DNA of 64,000 bases from Phoronis australis (Eukaryota; Animalia; Phoronida). This document shows positions 58,363 to 64,000 of the stretch, one piece after another. The notes beneath the pieces were generated by a model. The model was given only the letters and a program-made list of their open reading frames with translations, ran no database searches and was not told the DNA's origin. A program made the translations under genes and the position numbers. Location of the stretch: positions 593,664-657,663 of the forward strand of contig NMRA01000223.1 in assembly GCA_002633005.1 (NCBI GenBank). The letters are read 5' to 3'. Position 1 is the stretch's first letter. The number at the start of each line of letters is the position of its first letter.

Positions 58363-60140
58363 GTGTTCCAGAGTCGTCAAGATGGGTCTGTTGATTTCTA
58401 CCGCAATTGGGCTGTCTACAAAGCTGGATTTGGCAACCTTAGAAAAGAATTTTGGTTAGGTGAGCAATTTTTGGGTTTCTTCTGACACGCGTCTCATCGA
58501 ATACAATTGCGTCTCAAACTGTGATTGCACAAAATGAAAAGGTGACTATTATAATAGCTTAAGACTGAAGAAACGGTTCAGGACAAAATATTAGATAAAA
58601 TACATCAATATGCATTTCATTAAAACATTCTTATTTTATTCTTCTTTAAGGAAATGACAAGATTCACCGGTTGACCAGCCAAGATGCTTATAAGTTACGA
58701 GTTGATTTGGAAGACTTCGAAAATGAGAAAGTTTACGCTGTGTATAGTGTTTTCTTTGTCGGGCCTGAGAATGATAAGTATAGACTACTAATTGGCTCCT
58801 ATTCTGGCAACGCAGGTAAACACACCTAGACTGCATACTTAGTATTTCTTCCAAATGTACAAAACGTAATATGACGTAACCTTCAATTCTATTACAAGTG
58901 GTAGCAGTTATGAGAATAATGATGTCAATAAGGCCAAAAATAACAAAGTTACTTTAGGTCTTTAACTGATTGATTTTGAGACCGAGCTTACCGACGAAAA
59001 ACACCAGCCTACTGTATATCATGGGCCGTTCTGGTGTAAGTGTCGCCTGTAGTCACGCTCGTTATTATGACCGAGACTTAGCTCGTGTCTTACGACCGGA
59101 TTCGTTACATCCTCTGAGAAATTGCATATTATTCTACTCTCGTATTTTTCGCTCGTAACTTTACGTTCGTATTTTAATGCTTGCAATCTTGAGGCTCGTA
59201 TTTTTGCGCATTTTATGAAGTGTACAGAAGGTAAAATCTTAGGTGCACAATACATAAGGGCAAAAGATATCAAAGACTGAAATTTCTTAGCTGTCCTAGC
59301 CACTCCCGGTCATTTGAAAATGGTTCGTTTAGTACATGTATCTATTGAGGTGCCAAAATTTATTTCTGGAAGGTTTTCTGACAATGCTTACATGTATATC
59401 CTATTTGTTGATGAAACGCAAAATCTTGAAAGATAATGTTTTGCATCGCGTCCCTGTAGAACTACAGTAGTTTAATGAGTTTTAACGGAAAATAAAACGG
59501 GTCTAGAATATGTTAAAGATAACTGAACATCAATTATATCAAACCTCGGTGAGACAAACAGACAAGAGCGTATACAATGAAAAGTCTCACGTAAAGTAAC
59601 ACGGGAAAATTGCATATGGTCCAAAACTCATGATCAAAGAAGTTTTCACTATTCCATTCGTACATGTAATTTCAGTTTTTATATTCTAAAGCATGAGACG
59701 TAATTCACTAATACGCAGTGGAATGTGAATAGTCTTGACTGTAAATGATGACACGAATCACTTTGGAAGAATATTATCTAGTCTGGTTTATGTGAACTGT
59801 GTAGGCGAAGTGAAAATTCTATTATTGAATTTATTTGATTTAAAATCATTGAATTAGTTACGTTTCAGGAAATGCTCTTTCCTGGCACAACAGTCGATGC
59901 TTCTCCACCAGGGACAGAGATAATGACCGGAGTAGTTCACACTGTGCTGTTACCTATAAAGGCGCGTGGTGGTACAACAACTGTCATTACTCCAACCTGA
60001 ACGGTCTGTATCATCACGGTAAGCACAAGTCCTTCGCAGACGGAGTCAACTGGAAACCGTACAAAGGCCCCAACTACTCTATGAAGAGAACCAGTATGAA
60101 GATAAGACCTGTCGGATTCAATTCTAGTACATGTAACTAA
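58363..60140 (+). CDS. Fibrinogen C-terminal domain protein (ficolin/tachylectin/FREP-like), last three coding exons; 5' part not located
   Basis: Exons 58363-58459 ([33 protein letters not shown]), 58651-58815 (NDKIHRLT...LRVDLEDF...YRLQLAPYSGNAG) and 59869-60140 (FSTRDRDND...CA...[15 protein letters not shown]...MKIRP...stop). GT-AG introns, phases compatible, AATAAA at 60184-60189. Not captured by the ORF track. Confidence 0.9.
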
Positions 60141-60569
60141 ACTAATGGTGTTGACATGTACATGTAAGCAGGCCACATATGGAAATAAATGATATCACCA
60201 GGAGTTTGGCATTCCGGCAGTTTGCTCTATGATTATTACTACATGTTATTTCTGAACTTGTTTGAACAACGGACTTGATGCTATGTTGTAGATTCAAAGT
60301 CCATGGTTTGAGCCGATGTGAGGTGCTCGCTATACACTAAGTCAAACTCCGAGGTTTTTTAATTGTAAAATTTCACTTAGTATAAAATTTGTATTTTATA
60401 TTCTCGCCATTGACATTTTGAAAATTTTATTCTTACGTTATATTAATGTGACAAGCATGTATCGTTTGAGTCTGCTTCATCTACGGGTAAATCGTTGTCG
60501 GCCACATTTGGGCCATTCCATTTTCAAGATGTGCATAAAATATAATATCAAATGACTGAACGTACTTAC

Positions 60570-60669
60570 TGGAGGGCGGGCAGTGGGAACAACAAGGCTC
60601 CAATCAACACGGTTCACAGGCACAATAATCTCAGGTTCACCGGCACCCTCGTAAAGGTATTGTAGCATC
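60570..60669 (-). other. Candidate orphan internal exon, gene unknown
   Basis: Strong acceptor TTTTTCTAG and donor GTAAGT, one open frame (MLQYLYEGAGEPEIIVPVNRVDWSLVVPTARPP). No recognisable family. Confidence 0.25.
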
Positions 60670-61695
60670 CTAGAAAAATGTCCAACTCTGGCTAAATTCA
60701 GAACATCATATCTCAGAAATGACTGATCGTATCCTTATGAAACTTTCAGGTACTGTGTCACGTGCACTGTTAGGAATAGCTTTTAAAATGTTCATTTTTT
60801 CACGAAGAGCTATCAGAAAAATTGAACTTTAATTATTTTCGTGAAAAAAACTCATAAGTTGCATAAAAGGAAAGCGAAATGGTATTTTAGAAATCTATTA
60901 CATCGCTTTTAGGATTTCATCATGAATATTCATATTACATGAGACTTTCATTTCTTCGTTATGGATATCGTTTATTTGGTATCAATGTAGGTTTCTTTTT
61001 GACTAAATTTTATTAAAAATATGTGGTGTGCATGTATGTTGGAAGCAAATTTTACATTTTCGTTTTTAAAGTCCTGACATTAGGTTAGGGTTTTATGCAC
61101 TGTTATCCAAAAAGCTGATAGGAATTGCTTTTAAAATGTTCCACTTTATTAGGAGAGGCTATCAAAGATAGGACCTTCATCATTTTTATGAAACAATTCA
61201 AATTTTCCTACATACATGTAACCTTAACATGGTGCTGGACTCGCAATACACGACATACATGTATAGGAGGGTACGATGCCCCAAACAGTTCATCAGCTCA
61301 CAAGCGAGTCTCTGGGCTCCCAAAAATGACCATCAACCACGGTTAACGATCTACATCCGTGCATAGGAGCATCTGGAAATACCTTTTTGAGGAGCATGTT
61401 ATGTAGCTTTAACCAGCCTACAGCAACCCATGTAAAAACACCGAAACATTGATTTGTTTAAAGCGCCCTCGTCACACACGTGGCATCTTCTAAATAGCCC
61501 CAATACAAGTCCACAATAAACGTATCAAACTTAGGCTCACCGATCTGTTCATTGGATAACGAACTGTCCTTTTCACTGTGTCAAACTGGGCCTGTAATCA
61601 CTCCCACCACTCAACATCGCTGCAGGGCTGCTTACAGGCTCTGGGCTAGAGACAACAGCACACGGGGAATCACTACTAGTTCCTGGAATTGCACG

Positions 61696-62366
61696 CTATG
61701 GGGTACGTTCGGAGGCATGACAGTAGATGAAGTGCCTCCAGTCACTGTATATAGTGGCCACAGCTCGCGAGGCTTCTCGCTTCAAAAAAACCGCATTTCT
61801 CGGGGATGGCGACGGGGCACTGCCGGGAATCAACAGCGACCGTATAGAACCTTTCTTCAGGCGTTGTTTCGCAGGGACCTTCATCAATTCAGCGTACATA
61901 TCTCTGTCGTAATCTGACTGCTGAAAATGCTTGTTACTGCTTTGTACGTAGCGTGAACGGGTAGCGCTGCGTTCTTTACACGAGCGAGCTAGCCAAGTAC
62001 GGCGAAGTGTGTCATCCTTCGGAAAGCGATGTAAGGTACCCAAAGCGCGTGTGAGACGATAATGAGTACATCCTGGTACGCAGCAACAGTGTGGCATGTT
62101 GACTGACTCGTAAACAAAAGCAAACGACAACCGAACTTATCACAATCGAGGTAGAACAATGAGTGACTCGACTGCTTTCACAGTCAGACTGTATGAAAAG
62201 AAATTGGCGCGAAATTTTTACCTCCCAAAATGTCACTTCCGGAGTAGAGGACGAGAAATTAATTAAATTACGAAAAGCTGTAATTAAGTGAAAAATATGT
62301 CTGGGATAATCAACAGACCTTGTTTTTGCTAAAAGTGACATGAAAAAAGGTTGCCTTCGCCTTTAA
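61696..62366 (-). mobile_element. Kolobok-like element end carrying a THAP zinc-finger ORF (transposase N-terminal remnant)
   Basis: ORF from ATG 62097: MPHCCCVPGC...LHRFPKD...RRTWL...KHF...RLKKGSIRSL is a THAP signature, with the third Cys lost. The element end is ...GTTGCCTTCGCCT-TTAA. The other end was not found. Confidence 0.75.
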
Positions 62367-62659
62367 AGTTCAATGAAATATAATCATCTTATAAGATTTG
62401 TTTATAATTAACAAAAATCGTTTATGAATCAAGATATCACACCATTTTCATACACACATATACATGTATCAAGCAATAACGTACTATACGAGTTTCGTGT
62501 CCAAGTTTTCAACGGGTGACCCACAGATTCGAACTACAAACTCGAGTAAAAACTCGAGATTTCGAGTAACAACTGGAACTTATGGCCTTATTGGTGGGGT
62601 CACCAAGTGCAAAGTAGGATAAAAAAGTCTCCCTCACAAATCATGGTGTAATCGACATA

Positions 62660-62730
62660 GACAGTGTGGCTCAATTGTTAGAGCTCCGGACTCCCGTCTG
62701 GGAGACCCCGGTTCGAATCCTGGCTTTACT
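62660..62730 (+). mobile_element. tRNA-derived SINE head / tRNA pseudogene
   Basis: Pol III A-box TGGCTCAATTGTTAGAGC and B-box GGTTCGAATCC are present, but the acceptor stem is unpaired and the anticodon loop irregular. Confidence 0.6.
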
Positions 62731-63774
62731 GGCTGACAAAAGAGCATTGGACAAAGGTGTCTTCTACATGTACTCCTCGGAGCTCCCTCGTTCTATTGAA
62801 TGTATGGAAGGGAATGATTGATAACCTGGATATAATGCGAAAGCGATTTCCGGGGTTGTAAAAAATAGACGCCTATCTTCAGTTCCCACAAAAATAGAAC
62901 CGAAATGTCAAAAAACATTTCGAAGTCGACTTTGAGTACAAAGATTAAACCACTGGTTCAGTTTTAGCTTTAAAATTTGTACGTTAAAAGCTTTAAGGCC
63001 CGGGATTTTCGTTTACGATTGTCGATAAGTTGAACTACCACAAAATCTGCTGGTAAAACGTAAAGGTTATTATAAACATTATCACTCCTGAAACTTTAAT
63101 AAGCAAAACAAGACACCAACATGGTTTGATACATGTATATAATGATTCTATGGTAACGTTTTTCAAAAGTAATAAAAAGTAATCGGCCGTTATGACTAGG
63201 CTATCGGGTCTTGTGCTCAAGCAAGCCTGCCAAACTTCCGATTCCCGTCAATGCCATTATTCATTGTAGTTTTTAGTNGGGGGGGGGGGTGTCAGATCCA
63301 ACTTCAACTGTCAAATTCGGAACACGGCGCAATCGTAACGAAACTAATGGCTAAGTATAGCCTCTCCCGCGATATCTCAGGCGACCGGCAGTGGCGTTGG
63401 GCACTACGACTCCGTTTCCGTCGTCTGCTTCACTGTGCAATGTAGAAAATTACTTCATTTTTAAAGAAAATGGAATCTGAGTGATGGTGAAAAAAACAGA
63501 AGCTGATGGTAAGATGTGAATTTTAATCGAAGCCTTAGTGAATCACTCAGAACTCAAGACGATTTCCAAAGCAATCGCGTCATTATTGCCTACCAAAAAA
63601 AACGGATTTGGTCTTTTGAGCAATTGAAGACTATTTTAAATACAACAAATTTGTTTCGAACTTATTGCACAAAACATAAAACATGTAATAAGCATTACAA
63701 AAAGAAGGAGGTTTCGCGCAAACGCTGTGGACCATAAACAAGTAGGTCTCTTAATATCAAATTAGTAGTTAAAT

Positions 63775-63840
63775 CGTGGTGGTGCAGTGGTAAAGCACGC
63801 GCGCTATGTCCGCTTAGTCGCGAGCTCGAGTCTAAGGTAC
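63775..63840 (+). mobile_element. Degenerate tRNA-like (SINE) head
   Basis: GGTGGTGCAGTGGTAAAGCAC (A-box-like) followed by GAGCTCGAGTC (degenerate B-box). Confidence 0.3.
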
Positions 63841-64000
63841 TTACAGTTTTTTCTGGCTGACACCGTTTTTTGCCTTTTTTCTTGGATAATACTTCGGGAA
63901 TCAAGGAAAATGCTTGATTTTTAGAGGAAAAACAGAAAATTTTCCTGACCGGCCGGCCGACCTCCCCCCATTCGGTGCTATGTGCATCTACAATCGTGCC

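Noticed and set aside
62660-62730. Functional tRNA gene
   Set aside because: The acceptor stem cannot pair and the anticodon loop is not 7 nt. Treated as a SINE head or pseudogene.
63278-63290. N followed by a G run
   Set aside because: Assembly ambiguity at a homopolymer, not a biological feature.

Overview
Eukaryotic, intron-rich, AT-rich genomic DNA, most likely from a marine invertebrate animal (phylum not determinable from this window). I assembled four spliced genes by reading splice sites and phases by hand. (1) A major-facilitator transporter of the MFSD4/NaGLT1 type (+, ~4335-7512). (2) A two-exon, 807-aa large-pore channel of the innexin/pannexin superfamily that reads more like a chordate pannexin than a protostome innexin (+, 14512-17436). 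(3) A 25-exon, 1037-aa GH31 alpha-glucosidase of the sucrase-isomaltase/maltase-glucoamylase/GAA group, with a signal peptide and four tandem atypical trefoil domains (-, 35434-17628). It converges on the channel gene and appears to share a back-to-back poly(A) signal with it. (4) The last three exons of a fibrinogen-related-domain (ficolin/tachylectin/FREP-like) gene (+, 58363-60140). The rest is dominated by non-autonomous DNA transposons: two ~3.5-kb ISL2EU-like copies with decayed THAP and SAP/YqaJ-like remnants, Kolobok-like THAP elements, and Academ-like, hAT-like and foldback MITEs. There is also a degenerate ~60-bp satellite, a (CAT/CAC)n microsatellite and tRNA-derived SINE heads. No CRISPR, rRNA or intact tRNA was seen. 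I found no demonstrably new multi-gene system. The best leads are the pannexin-like channel and the four-trefoil secreted glucosidase. All family assignments are from motif recognition, not database searches.
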